Positions 1-13,500 are shown, counted from the whole stretch's first letter. The stretch: 62,903 bases of DNA, filler included, from Parasitella parasitica NRRL 2501 (GCA_025201805.1; 9 parts of 9 records of this genome joined end to end with filler, not necessarily neighbours in it), one strand, 5' to 3'. Notes: generated from the sequence alone by a model not told the origin. Made by a program: numbers and translations.

Positions 1-478
1 GCTGCCACCCCATCTGTTGTCTTTGAAAGTCGGGTGTCCAATAATGCTTCTCAGGAATATAGATCCAGCAAGCGGATTATGCAATGGAACAAGACTTATT
101 GTTAAATCTTTACTGGGCAACATTATAGAAGCAACAATAGCAACAGGTTCTCATGTGGGAAAAGTTACATATATACCCAAGATCAAATTAATCTCCTCTG
201 AAACCGATTCTATACAATTCAAGCGCTGCCAATTTCCTGTCCGTCTTGCATTCGCTATGACTATCAACAAAGCACAAGGACAAACGCTTGAAAAAATAGG
301 CCTATACCTTCCTAATCCAGTATTCAGTCATGGCCAATTATATGTTGCTTTATCAAGAGCCAAATCCGCAAAATCAATCAAAATTCTACTTTCCTCAAAG
401 CACAGCATTATATCAAAAGAGCTTTCTAAAAATCATACAAGAAATGTAGTATATACTGAAGTGTTTCAATCTTCTTAA
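1..478 (+). CDS. Helitron RepHel, C-terminal Pif1-like helicase (5' partial)
   Basis: Motifs LKVGCPIMLLRNIDPASGLCNGTRL, QFPVRLAFAMTINKAQGQT, VFSHGQLYVALSR and TRNVVYTEV are typical of Helitron Pif1 helicases. Confidence 0.93.
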   Translation, partial: LPPHLLSLKVGCPIMLLRNIDPASGLCNGTRLIVKSLLGNIIEATIATGSHVGKVTYIPKIKLISSETDSIQFKRCQFPVRLAFAMTINKAQGQTLEKIGLYLPNPVFSHGQLYVALSRAKSAKSIKILLSSKHSIISKELSKNHTRNVVYTEVFQSS

Positions 479-544
479 ATATATAAAGTAAACTGTGCTA
501 TACAAACTGGAACTTTTTTTTTATTTCGTTTGATTTAGCATTAT

Positions 545-660
545 CGAGTAGGACAGCCCGCTGCAGGCGCGAGCTATGCACCCCCCAATAGAACGAAGGT
601 CGAAAAATATCACCGAAGCGAAGCGAAGGTCGATTTTTTTCACCATAGTTCGGGGGGTGT
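545..660 (-). mobile_element. Putative Helitron-type 3' terminus (GC hairpin plus GCGAAGC motifs)
   Basis: Minus strand reads ...gctcgcgcctgcagcgggc-tgtcCTAC. A similar sequence in the opposite orientation lies at 28980-29062. Confidence 0.45.
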
Positions 661-765
661 ATGAAAGCTCGTACCGATTGTGGTCTTACTAAATCTATAC
701 AAACCAACAATGATACTTGTTCTTGTTTGCACAATTGGACAAAACAAGATCTTTGTCCTTTTTTT

Positions 766-798
<33 letters not shown>

Positions 799-2436
799 TC
801 CTCTTTGTTTGCGTTTGCGTTTGCGTTTTTACGTGTATCACTATTTTGCGCGTAAAAATCAGCCCGCTTCAGTTTATTGGAGGCTTTATCTTTTTGCACT
901 AATCCGGAAAGATTCCGTGCTTCGCTTTGAGAATTTATACACTGCATTAACAAAGTCCAAAAGACCGGCATACTGTTTCTTTATGAAACTAATGTCAGAT
1001 CAAGTTGCATCTGGGGATCTCTTGGATAAAAACAAATCCTTTTGGGTCTAAAGCATGCAAAATACATGTCAACAATACTGCTACATTTACATTGCTCTTG
1101 GGCTTGTATATAGATCTGCAGTATACACATAGTGTGTCTTCCTCTTTAAAAGTGTATGCGTTACACAAAACATCAATTGAAAACGCATCGAGTCCTGAAT
1201 CAGTCAGCATCGGCCCGATGATCTTCTTTTATAATATTATAAGAGAGTGTATGTATGGCACGCTAAAGAAATGTAACATTGGAGAAACTCTAATGTTGAG
1301 CGATTATAACCGCAAACACTATTGCTACTCTCAATTTCTTTCTACAGTAGCGTATATGTGTCTTCTCATTGTTCAACAAAAATATTTTGTGATGTGGATG
1401 ATTTTCCATCCTATGACAAAAAGTACACTGACCATCATAAAGTCCAAAATATCCTCTGAATTCCGAGTCTAAATAACGTAGCACGGGGCTTGTATTCACT
1501 TGCGAAATATTATGAAAGCATGTAATGGATGTTGCACAATCAAAGAAACAACTTATTTATCTGCATAACAATTGCACAAACAAGAACTGTTTTCCGGAAA
1601 TGCATTCACGATATTATAATATATGTAGTATTACCTCTCTATAAAACTGCATTTATCGTGAATCACTGCCAGTGTTCTGGACATGGGATACATGGCTTTC
1701 AGAAGCATTTGCAAGAGTCGGGCATAAAACCATATTACCCCTGAATGCTATCATGTATATAAAAAGGAAAAGCCAATGCTTGTCTGCTTTTATTAAATGC
1801 ATTCATGTGCTTCTCTGTTTTGTTGACTTCCAAGCCGATTTACATTAAAGCATAAAAAGAAGCAGATTGGACTATTACATGACGATTAAACTATTACGAA
1901 AACTCTGAAAATAAATCAGAGCTGCACTTAACATCATGTCTCAACGTTGATAACAATATAAACTTGTCAATAACAAAGCTAAAGAAAAAGGAACTTGTGT
2001 CATCGTAAAACAATGAAAACAAGAGTAAAGAGTGTTGATGTAATGTGATGTATGAAAACTACAAATAAACAACATTATCATGTGTGCATTTTGTCATTTA
2101 AGATACTCGCTTTTACCTAGAAAGGTTTGGTGCGGAAAAGGGTCTAAATAGTCTCGCCCTCCGAGTCAATGATACAAATACATAATGATCAGATGGAATG
2201 CCTCTTAAAATATTAGACACACGGTCTGCATGTGTTAATAGACCTGCGAACGTAAAAAGCTTCGAACAGGAACTAGCTTTTTGGCTCCTTGAAAATCCTT
2301 TCTATATTCGATACATGCAACTAGATACATCATTGTAGTATTTAAAATTGATATACATATTTTAATGACTTTACACAGATAATAATATTAAGAAGAATAT
2401 ACAAAGAAAGGAGTAAGTGGTTATAAAAAAGAGAAA

Positions 2437-5400
2437 TTATTTAGAAGAAACATTAATCAATTGATTCACACCATCAACAACCTTTGTAGGGAAATCACGA
2501 CTACGCATTTGTTGTACAACCTCGAGAGCCTTTTCCTTATCACCATTGTCAATATAGGCCTTGGCCATAGCTTCATAAGTACTTGGTTCTTTAACTAGGT
2601 AGTCGGAATCATTCATATTTTCGAATACTTGTTCAGCCTTGTCCAGTTGCCCTTGAGCGCTGTAACCCGCAATAAATAAGTTTTCAATGTAAGGAGAGGA
2701 CTTGGTACCTTGTGCAAGCATATCCTTGTAGATAAGCTGAGCACTGTTCATATCATTGTTGTCGATGTAAGTATTCATCATTGCTTGATAGACAGTTTCA
2801 TCAGCTTGGATATCGGCTTTTTGCATTTCCTTATAGACAGCAACAGCGGATTGAACATCACGATGGAGACAACCATAGGAACGGATCAAGGTGGCATAAT
2901 GAGCAGCAGTGGGGCTATAACCATGACGCTTCTTCATCTCACTTAACAGCTTGTGTGCAGTCAGCATGTCATAAGCAGGGATATTGGCATAAGCTTCCAT
3001 GAGCAACTTGTATGTGTGCAAAGAAGGCTTCAAATTGAATTGCTTGGAGAGGTTGTAATACTCGAGGGCTTTTTCACGGTTAGGCTTTTCTTGAACATAA
3101 AATTGGATCATGCTGTTGTAAGCGCCAATACGAGGTTGATACTTGGGTGAGGATATCATCTCTTGGAAATACTGAGCAGCACGGCCTTCAGAACTGCAAC
3201 GAATACAGGCGGAAATAACAGAGGCGTAGGTGATTGAGTTGGGAACCACACCAAATTGAGCCATTTCATTGAATATACGCAGAACAGGTTCAATCTTGCG
3301 ACATTTAGCCAGTTTGGACAAGATGACATTGTACAGATAGACAGTTGGACGGATATTGTGCTTTCGAGATTCTTCGTAGATAGCAAGAGCATCAGTCGAT
3401 TCGTCAGTGGTAGAGTTGGAAGTACAAGCCAATAGAGACCCATAAGCATCGCCATCAGGGAATAAGTTAAGTTCACGAAGCTTATCATAAAAGGTCTTTG
3501 CAGAATTCAGATCACCATTACGAGCATAAGCAACCAACATAGAGTTGTAGATGGCATGATAACCACGGTTCTTGCGACCACCTTCTAGAAGACCAACAGA
3601 GTCAATTACAGTCTTGTAAATATCCTGAGCAATATCCAAGCGACCCAATTTCGTAGAGTGTTGAATCATATCACGAACAGCTTCAGGAGTAGGAATACTG
3701 CCTTGTTTAATAATCTTGTTGTCAAGAATGTCCATAGCCTCGGTATAGTTACCGCCAAGGACAGCATCTAGAGCTTTGCCAGAAAGTAAATCAGAAGCAA
3801 TATTTATCTTGGAGGATCGAACCATGTTTTTCGATCCGTTTGGATCAGTAGAAGAAGCACCGACTACATCTTCCGCCTTGGGAGCCATCTTGATTTGGTC
3901 TTCAATAGCTGGCAAATAAGGAGCAAATTCTGCCTTCCAACGAGCCTCGTATTCAGTAGCTTGATACTTTTTCATACGAGTCAATGCACGGATATAAACA
4001 GTAGCAGTAGGAGACAAATTCAAACTATGCATATCCTTGAGAAGATCAAAAGCCAGGTTACAGAATTCCTCGGGGGTGTTTGTCTTACGGAAGACCATAT
4101 CGTATATGATAACAAACGAGCGCTCATCCAAGCCCTTAGACACTCTCTGCCAGACATCAGGTGAAGACTTGGCCTCTTGATACAGGTTTAATACCGACTC
4201 GCACACATCAGGGGTTGGGTGAATGGAAAAGTTGTAAATTACTCGAAGAATTGACAAAGCATCGTCGAAATCTTTACAGTTGCGGCTTAAGTCCAAAGCT
4301 ATATTGCACACGGGTGAATTCTCGTTAAAAAAACTGCTTTTGGTGTATAATTCAATAAGAGAATTGAATGTTGTAACAGCATCCTTCATTCTATCATTGT
4401 TCACAAATGACATGACAACGCCTGCAAATAGACTGGAATCCAATTGCAATCCACGGGACGTCATAGCCTTAACAACATCAAAAGCTTGATCGGGCAGATG
4501 ATTATTAGTACAAGCAAAGGCATAATCCGCCAAATGACCATATTGCTTGGAAATGTCATGCTCCAGTAGACTATGATACACTTTGGAAGCTTTATCAAAA
4601 TCTTTACTGTGGCTATAAGCAGACAAAACCACACCATAGGTACTGGCATCGGGCTTTGGAAGTTGGTTGTCTGCTTCCAGCTTTGCAAGAATGGAGTTCA
4701 CAGTCTCCAGATTTCCATCAAAACAAGCTCTACGCATAATCTTGTTAAATGGCAAGATTGTGATCTTGACCTTATCGTTAACCATGGTATTTTCAATGAT
4801 ATCCAAAGCACCAGGGATGTCACCCGCACTGACATGAGCATACACAAGAGCATTATAAACGTAAGTACTGTCATGATAAGGAAGGAATTTCATGATGGTC
4901 TTGTACTCTTTAAAGCATTCGCGGACGGCTGCAAGATCACCAGCTGCACCAAATAAATTTATCAAGTTGGCAAAAGTCATACTGTTAGGGTTGGCATTGT
5001 GAGCACTTTCAAGGTGCTCATAAATATAAAGACCATCCTCAGTGTTTCCCTTGTGAGATAATACACGAAGCAGCGAATTATAAAGATTGATGTCAAAGGC
5101 TTGAGTGGATTTTTCATTGACAGCCTTGCTGAACAACGCCAACGCTTTTTCTACGTTCTTTTCATTTTCCAAATCACACAAATTGTCGACCGCATTTCCA
5201 GTGCGAGCAATCTGTCTCTTGAGCATACTCACCGTCTTCTGGACTTCAGTGTCTCTGTTGCAAAGAGTGCGAATAAGAAGAGCATATGTTTGGGAAGATG
5301 GACGGACACCAGTAGATATCATATCATGGTAGGCATTCATCATAGGTGTCAATGGCTGATTTATCTTGCGTAGCTTTCCATAGGCCTGAATGACAGCTTC

Positions 5401-5835
5401 GTAAGTTTGTATCGACAACGGCGGGGCTAATTCACCAGCGGCTGATTTCCCCTGAACAAAAGCATCTACAACAGCTCGTGAATTATTTTGTTGAGCTGCT
5501 TGAAGAATTCTAACATCAAAATGAGCAGGTTCTGCAGCAACAGCTGTTGGTGATGATGCTGAAAAATTCTTGGTCTTTTTCAAACCTTCTACAGTGGTCC
5601 AGGCTGGCTTATTCAGATGAGCAAGAGTAGCAGTTGAAGCACTCGAATTACTGTTTCCATCAATTTCTTGCTGTTGATTGAAATGAGGTTGACTTCTAGT
5701 GGTGTAAGAGAGTTTACCGGCTGACACTTGACGGGCAAGGAAAGCAGTTGATTTGGGAGCAACCAATTGCTTTGTAAGAACACCCTGCCTTGCAACAGAG
5801 TTTAGAATAGTCGATGTCCCTTTTACACCGTACAT
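2437..5835 (-). CDS. Mitochondrial pentatricopeptide-repeat protein (fungal Ppr5-like), 1132 aa, intronless
   Basis: Many ~35-aa PPR units (YNSLLRVL, YNALVYAH, YNSMLVAY, YNVILSKL, TYASVISA) and a basic, Ser/Thr-rich N-terminus resembling a mitochondrial presequence. Confidence 0.92.
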   Translation of the reverse strand: MYGVKGTSTILNSVARQGVLTKQLVAPKSTAFLARQVSAGKLSYTTRSQPHFNQQQEIDGNSNSSASTATLAHLNKPAWTTVEGLKKTKNFSASSPTAVAAEPAHFDVRILQAAQQNNSRAVVDAFVQGKSAAGELAPPLSIQTYEAVIQAYGKLRKINQPLTPMMNAYHDMISTGVRPSSQTYALLIRTLCNRDTEVQKTVSMLKRQIARTGNAVDNLCDLENEKNVEKALALFSKAVNEKSTQAFDINLYNSLLRVLSHKGNTEDGLYIYEHLESAHNANPNSMTFANLINLFGAAGDLAAVRECFKEYKTIMKFLPYHDSTYVYNALVYAHVSAGDIPGALDIIENTMVNDKVKITILPFNKIMRRACFDGNLETVNSILAKLEADNQLPKPDASTYGVVLSAYSHSKDFDKASKVYHSLLEHDISKQYGHLADYAFACTNNHLPDQAFDVVKAMTSRGLQLDSSLFAGVVMSFVNNDRMKDAVTTFNSLIELYTKSSFFNENSPVCNIALDLSRNCKDFDDALSILRVIYNFSIHPTPDVCESVLNLYQEAKSSPDVWQRVSKGLDERSFVIIYDMVFRKTNTPEEFCNLAFDLLKDMHSLNLSPTATVYIRALTRMKKYQATEYEARWKAEFAPYLPAIEDQIKMAPKAEDVVGASSTDPNGSKNMVRSSKINIASDLLSGKALDAVLGGNYTEAMDILDNKIIKQGSIPTPEAVRDMIQHSTKLGRLDIAQDIYKTVIDSVGLLEGGRKNRGYHAIYNSMLVAYARNGDLNSAKTFYDKLRELNLFPDGDAYGSLLACTSNSTTDESTDALAIYEESRKHNIRPTVYLYNVILSKLAKCRKIEPVLRIFNEMAQFGVVPNSITYASVISACIRCSSEGRAAQYFQEMISSPKYQPRIGAYNSMIQFYVQEKPNREKALEYYNLSKQFNLKPSLHTYKLLMEAYANIPAYDMLTAHKLLSEMKKRHGYSPTAAHYATLIRSYGCLHRDVQSAVAVYKEMQKADIQADETVYQAMMNTYIDNNDMNSAQLIYKDMLAQGTKSSPYIENLFIAGYSAQGQLDKAEQVFENMNDSDYLVKEPSTYEAMAKAYIDNGDKEKALEVVQQMRSRDFPTKVVDGVNQLINVSSK

Positions 5836-7729
5836 TGTGGATTTGATACAAAATATTTATGTGAAAATAATTTTTTTTTTCTCTGTTATAAAGAGGAAAG
5901 AAAGAGGGGAAATTTGCACATTGAAATATCGGGAAAACTAGTACGGTTTTTACTCGATTATTTTGACTCAAAAAACTTCCGGAAACATCGGCAGCTTCAA
6001 ACTCCAAAATTGAGGTCGATTGATGTGTTTGTCCCTAAATCTGGTTCAAATCTTCATACGTATATTAATATATTTGTGGGTAATTCAATATGTAAATTTT
6101 CTTCTTGTCAAATGGTAATATATTATCATATTCCAAACTTTATTGTAGAGGTGTACAACAATTCATTTTAATCGAGCAGAATCATTCAAGGGGAGTTCCC
6201 TCCTCCCCTGCTATTCCCATTGGATATTCTGAGCTTTGATTCTTCTCGAAGATGCCATTCAATCAACGTAATTTGACATTTTGTTGTAAATTGTGTAACT
6301 TTTCAATGGAAAAAATAGACTCATTCGGATATATGTTATATCCTTTAATGAAAAAGTTCGCTATGCCGTTACAATATATGCTTTTAACTTCTCTGAAAAA
6401 AATACGTGCAGAGCAAAACCAATTACAATGGCAGATCACAAATCTGCCGATATATGGACGGCTACCCATAATACGAGAACTGAATAGGATTTATTAAAAA
6501 ATTGAACTGAAATTTATAATATATACAACGATTGTTTACAACCTGCTTTTATTCATGTTATAATGTTTATATGCACGCACAATATTATTTTATATCATAT
6601 TTATAGAAGATCACATCATATTCTAACCCTGATTTTAACTGTAATTGAAACGTATAACATTGCAAGAACGAACCTTAAAAAATAAAGGGTTCTTAAAAAA
6701 AAGCTTTATGTAAAATGTTCTATGTAAAAAAAATAAGTAACTTCTATTAAACTTCTTTCCGGTTATACGAATTCAATTTTGACACCATTAGATGAAGCGT
6801 AAAGATATTAACAAAAATGACTTAAAATAGTCGCAATTGCCTTTGGGAATTATTTTCCAAAAAAAGCAAATTTTACACACTGTGGTGTGTATAGTTAAAA
6901 TGAAGTGATTTGATTGGCTAGATTTCTTGAAGCCTATTTTTTATCATAAAAGTCAATGTCTCCTGACAAACAGAAACTGTGTTATATTTACTTGGGATCC
7001 ATCTATTTAAGCATGCACGTGTTTTTTAAAGAATCAAATAATTGCACAATGCAGGAGCAAAGGATTCTTCTGAAATGAACCTTTCTTAAGTTCCAGAAGA
7101 GAAAAAAGAAGGGTTTCTTTTGGGTACGTTTTCAGCGGTACGAAACATGTATATGTTCATATACGGAGACAAAGTCAATAGCTTGTTAATAAAACAAATC
7201 TCATATATAAAATGACGACGACTCGTAATGAATGTATCATTCAACGAAGGAGAGCGTTGTGTTTCATGTGTACAATAGGTACACGATTTGATGGACAAAT
7301 AGTTAGAGATCATGATATGTACCACATCAATAACAATAATATTCGAACCTCTTTAGGCTCAAATTATCACTTGGCTAAGGTGGAATTCAATGTCCAAATT
7401 TCCTGACCTTGTTGAGATATCTGCTTTATTCTACAAAAGCTAGTAATCGTTTAATGATAGCATGAGCCTTTAATTTGACAAGTTCATTCGAACCAAGAAA
7501 AAAAAAACTGTATGAATACAGTAATATGAATATCATACATCGAATTCTATATGAACATGGACTAATTTTGTCCAACAAGAGGCGGTTTACGAAATAACAT
7601 TTTACTCCTAAAAAAGTGTTCTTGGTTTCGTATGTCTTTTTATTATCTCCTCAACTTATATTCTCATTTACGTTTTTTTCTATAATATCTAAACAGTCCA
7701 TAATCAATTTACCATAAAACCAAAATAAT

Positions 7730-10544
7730 ATGCTGAGGAATTCAGAGATGGAAGGAAGTCCTGAAGCAGCAATTGTTCAATGGGTAAAGCTAAAACGATA
7801 CAAAAACAAAAAGCGTGTGCAGCTGACAAGATCTAAATAGATTAATACGTTTACAAATATCTCGCATCAAATATCGCACACACAAGATTTATCAGATGGT
7901 ATCATACTCTTTGAAGTAGTATCTGATATGTAAATATTATTATCTACTCTTTATAATTATATAATTCACTTATGCCCTGTTACTGATTAGCGACAAGTAC
8001 TTTAAAAGTATTGCCATGGTCGATGTGGGAACTAACTGGGTTCTAAAGAAAAATAACCTCAAAAAGCTGCTGAACCTTGTGTATAGGTACTATGAAGACG
8101 TTTTAGGCATGTTGACTACTGGCTTTCCTAAACCTGATTTGGATACCATTGCAAAAAATTCAGACACTGCAGGAATTGTTCAACTATGCAAATTTATCTT
8201 GACCATTGCTGTGATGTGTCCAAATAATATGAAATACATTGAGAGAATCCAAGAAATGTCCCCTGCTAATCAAAATCATGTCAAGTCATTTATTGAGGAA
8301 GTAAGTCGAGAGCTTTATTTTGTTTACAAAGCAGATGCTCAACTTTATGTGCAGACATTAGAATTTACTGAAACGTCGAAAAGAGCCCAAGAAGCATCTA
8401 TTCACCACTCTCAAGACGGTTATGAGAATGACGGGACCTATCGAAGTCAAAGTGAGCTGACTAGAATCTCCAAAGAGAAAGAAGAACTTGAAATACAAAA
8501 TCGCCAATTGATTGACGAACATTCTGCATTGTTAACGAAATATGTATTGTATCTTTTATACGCTTGTGTGTGTGTTTTTAGCTGGCAATAACGATAGTTT
8601 TAGGATAATCTTGAGAATGAAAAGCAACATTTGCAAAATAGATTGCATGATATGGACGCAGCTGTTGCACAAGCAAATGAAACCGGTAGAGCCGATTTTA
8701 TCATGAGAGCAGAAATTGATCACTTGAAAAAAGATTTGTAGGAATCGATGATAAGACTATAAATCAAAAAACCAATTCTGATTTTTTCTTTTCTTTTAGA
8801 CAGAAAAGCGAAGATATACGACAAGAACAAGAGAGAAAGCTAGATGACCAGACTCGTGAAATCAGAGACTTGACTCGCAGAGTAAGTTTCGCATGATTTG
8901 TCTGCCATAGCCTGAATCTAATTCATTTCACTATAGAATGATGAACTTGAAAAGTATGAATCAGAAGCGGCAGTATTGAAAGACCAAGTGGACGAGCATC
9001 GTCATACTGCTGAAAAACTCCAAAGAGCAGAAAATGTCATTGAAAAATACAGAAAAAAGATGGAGCAATTTGCAGATTTAAAGAGACAAGCAGAAGCAAC
9101 CGAAGAGCACTACCAGTCTTTAATACAAAATAACCAAGAGCTTGAAGAAAAACTTCAAAAAGTGATTGGATTCAAGACATTGATGGAATCTTATCAGGAG
9201 CAAATTACTAGTTTGGAAACTAAAAACAGTGAACTAGTTCGTGAAAAGAACATGAAGGAGTACGACATTGCTCAATATATCAAGAAGTTAGAGGTCTTGG
9301 AGGCTGATAAAGCGAGAGATTTAGATCGTATTCAAGCCTTGGAGGATCATCTTCAAGAGGCTCAACTTGGTATGAACGCTGTGGACCCACCTGCTTATCA
9401 AAAGGCATCTACTGACGATGCAGAAGATATGGATATTGATGATTACAACCTTAACGACTCTTTGGAAGAAACATTGAAGGAGTCGAATGTCACTGAACTC
9501 AAATTATCCAAGCGTCGTCTTGAACGTCAAGTAAAGACATTACAAGAAGAGAAGGCCACCGGAGGCGGAGCAGCAGGCCAAAAAGTCATTGTTCTTCAAC
9601 ATCTCCTTGATGATGCCACTCGTCTTAAATCCAAGTTTGAAAAGAACTATTTAGAAGTATCCCAAGAGCGAGATATCTTACAGAGTGATATGGCACGTAT
9701 CCGTGAGGGTATTCCTGATGCCATTTTAGACCAGTCTGAAAAGACTCTCTCCTTGCGACTCCGCATCATCGAACTGGAGAAGGAGACCAAATCATTGAAC
9801 GAAACAATTGCCAAGCTGGAGCAAAAGATATCCGAGGGCCGATTCCATGGCGATGATGAGGAAATGGACGGCATCCTCAGTAAATACAATGCCTTGGAAA
9901 CCAAATCCAAGAGCTTGGAAGAGCAGACCAAGAAGCAATTGCAAGACATCAACAAGCTTCTTTTGGAGAAAGACATCTTGCAGGGTCAAAGTCTTGAACA
10001 AAAGGATCTCTTGCTGGCGACAGAAAGAGTGAATAGCAATTTGAAGGAATCTTTAGCTGCATTCAAGGCAAACGACGACGAGCCTTTCAAGCAAATAAAT
10101 ATTGAGCTGCAGAAACAACTAATCAAGTTACAAGAAGACCTCTACAGTGTGAGCAGCAAACTCAAGCAATCTAAAGAAGTATGCAACGCTTTTTACGTTT
10201 TTGATGTAACATATTGGTAACATTTTTTCAAAAATTTTTAGTTCATCAGACATCAAAATGGCCTTCTTGCAGAATTCAAGCGTGATGCTGCAACTGGCAA
10301 CTTTGATGAAGCTGTCAATTCATTGAAAGCCGAAGTCGAAATGCGTAACCAAGAGATTGAAAAGTACAGGAGACAACTTCATGAAACTCGCAGTCAAAAT
10401 CGTCGCGAGCAACAATTGATGATTTCAGCTTGGTATGATATGTCTAGAAGAACCAGCAAGGATGTTGTAAATAACAAAGCCTCTCCCATCTCATGGCTTG
10501 GTCAACAAAGAAGAACAATCGATAATCAACTTAAACGTCGTTAA
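7730..10544 (+). CDS. hok1: Hook-family microtubule/dynein cargo adaptor (Hok1-like), multi-exon
   Basis: Spliced N-terminus IVQWINTF...DLSDGIILFEV...NWVLKKNNLKKL (Hook domain), a long coiled coil, and C-terminal REQQLMISAWY...SWLGQQR. GT-AG introns. Confidence 0.88.
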
Positions 10545-10585
10545 ATAAACATATGATATAGGCATATACATAACGATGACTTTTT

Positions 10586-13500
10586 TTATTTTTCAAGGCT
10601 GAAAATCATTTCATTGCCTGTTCTTCGATCCTCCATTACAAAATAGATGGTATCTGCAGGTTCTAATCTAAGGCATCGTATATTGTGTCCTGTTATAATT
10701 TGAGTCAGATCGCCCTAACGCTTTGCTGTTAGTTTCCCGTCTGATGCATATTTAAGGTATTTGTCTTACTGTGTTAACGTGTCTGATTTCGATAAAGTTT
10801 GAATCAAAAGCAAGGACGTAGGGGTATCGAAACACAAATGCGGTTGGATGGCCCTCCCAATTAATGATCCAATCTGACCTTATCCGACGACCCTTCTTGT
10901 CAATATAAAATGCAATTTCTATATATTCATATCGATCAATTAGCATGTGTCCACCGTTTGAAAGCATTCGGTTTACCATTATAACAAAGCATAATACACC
11001 CGTCTGGATGTCTAAACATGGATACTGGCCGCAAAGTCTCTTTTTGACCGATAAAGTCATGACTCTCGTCACTTGGGTCAAGCACGCCTGGTCAGCTATA
11101 CTGTCAGTCTCTATTATTCGAGAAAATATTATCTTACTCACTTTGTACGCCTGCTGAGCCAATGTCTACCATCTGGAACCCTTTAGCGCTACCCACACAG
11201 ACGACGTTTTTAAAATATTGAATAGAAGTCGCCTCTCCTGGAATGTATAAGTCCTTGAATCCTCGTAAAGATTCGTTGGAATGTCGAATAAACAGCCCTA
11301 AAGTAGATTTATTACTGCTTTTTCTTTTCTTCTTCTTTTTGCTATCAGATCCCTTTTCATCACATGGCTCTAAAGCACGAATAGTAGATGTCATGGCATT
11401 ATACTTTACAAAGCAAACCAAGGTACGTTCAACAGGCTTGCCCGCTATAGATTTATCATAAACCTGCCCCACTTTGAAAAATGATACATTGTTGCCTATC
11501 TTACGCAAATGCTGTGCCATTTTGTTTGATTTTTGGACTACAATAGTGGTTTTGGTGCTGCTGCTGCTACTGCTACTACTACTATTAGTGGCTCGGCTCT
11601 TGGTGCTGTTGGAACTGACACTACTGGTATGCTCCTGGATGCTTTTCATTTTGGAAGATGAGGGTGAAGATATAGACGGCGAGGATAGAATACTTGTGTC
11701 TACTAGAAGGTTGTTGTTTTCATCAAATAAATCATCCAATGGGTATGTGTAAAGTATTTTGTCTGCTAGGATCAACATTAGCTGCGCGCGTTCCAATATA
11801 TCTATTTGCGACACTTTCTCCAGCGATAATATTTTGACAATGTCCTCCTTTTCTACATCGTATTCGTCATTGTCTATTTGGCGAAAGGAGGCAGGCCTTT
11901 TGAAATAAATGCCATGATCACAGCCAAGAATAATATACGATGCGTAGGACGCAGCACAATGTACCCTGTTGAATGCACTAAAAACTTGATCGCTGATGCC
12001 TGTCATTCTGAATACTTTTGATCTTTCCATTATGGAATGCCGGTATCTTTCAATTGTATCCACCCATTTTCTGCGACTTGCTAGTGTGGAGGCGTATAGT
12101 GTAGTTGTACCTGAACCTTGTCTACCAAGGTGTATGAAGCTTATGGGATATCCACTTTTTCCGTTGGTATTGCTCGTAGTGGAAGATGCATGGGACAGTA
12201 ATGGAGATGGAAGTAACTCGGTGCTGGCTCCAGTCGAGTAAAAGGATCCAGTGCTTGTGCGGTTGTAAGGAAGTATAGAGCTTGATCTCCTGGTTTGATT
12301 CGGCATTGCAATCGCAAGTAGTGCCAAGGGTATTGGCTGTCAGCAATAGTTTAGTACACTATGTTCAAGTGCCTGCTATAATTCATAGCTACTAACTTTT
12401 TTGTACAATTTGAAAACTTCTGCGTTGTCAAGAAATTTTGACTTGATCAACAAAAGGCAGTGATCCAGGACATACACTTGCAATTCTGAAGATTCCGATG
12501 CTGCATTACTTGTTCTCTTTAACGCCCCTTTCAAGACGATTTTTCGATCTTCAGAAAGCAAATCTAAATCATCCTATGTATCTAAATTGTCAAGCTTTTT
12601 TTTTTTTTTTTTTTTTTTTTTCCCAAATGCATGGACAAGGAGGCACAACTTACAATTTCTTGGGTATGGGTATTCTTCTTGTTGAATGTGAGCTTTTCCT
12701 CTAAAATTTGCAGACCGAATGTATTCTCAGTTTTTCCCGACTCTTCATTCACTCTTTGTAGGAATTGCTGAATCAGCTGCATTGCTTTGGGTATGGTTTC
12801 GCAATCAGGATGGTTTTCTGGGGTATTTTTCAATATTTCTCTAAGCAACAAGTTGTATCTTCCTAGACGAGTGGTGGGTTTTGTCAAGTATCCGTTCAGT
12901 TCCAACTTGCGCGATGCAGGAGCCCTTTCTGTATTCTACATAACATGTCAAAAAACTGCATAAACCTTTTTTAACTGTGCTCTCTACCTGAACAAATTCG
13001 GCAAACGTAGCGTTGGTTGATTTTTCAGTTTCCAGCTTATATTTGCCAATAATTTGATGCGCTCCGTATTTAATGAAATGTTCAAACAAGCTGGATATAT
13101 GTTTGAGGAACACATCGCCTATTTTATAGACCACTTTGTGCTCCAACTGACGTTGAAGAAGGTCCTTTAGAAGAAGAGAGTTATTCTCTCTTATTTCGGG
13201 AAGGTTCCAAAACAAAGCCTTGACAAACTCATCTCTTCGCTCAGGGGAGATGCAGTCGTTTGTTAACAATGGCTTGATCCAACTCTATAAGTTTAACTTT
13301 CACCCGTTAGTATATTTGGCTTGCAGCGTTGCTCTTTTACATTGTTTATACTTTTTCGACATAGAGTAGATCATCAACGAAATCCTTTTCAGTGTAGATC
13401 AGCTCGTATATATTTTCTTGCCGTCTTTTTTCTTTAGCTGAAAGGCTGTTTGATATTGATTTGGAGACAGTGTTGATCCATAGTCTATCCTCCTAACAAA

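Noticed and set aside
498-1744. Several 60-157-aa ORFs
   Set aside because: They are driven by (CT)n and low-complexity or decayed sequence, with no recognisable domains.
2710-5373. Antisense ORFs within the PPR gene (and similar ones within other genes)
   Set aside because: Shadow ORFs of real coding sequence, with no independent support.
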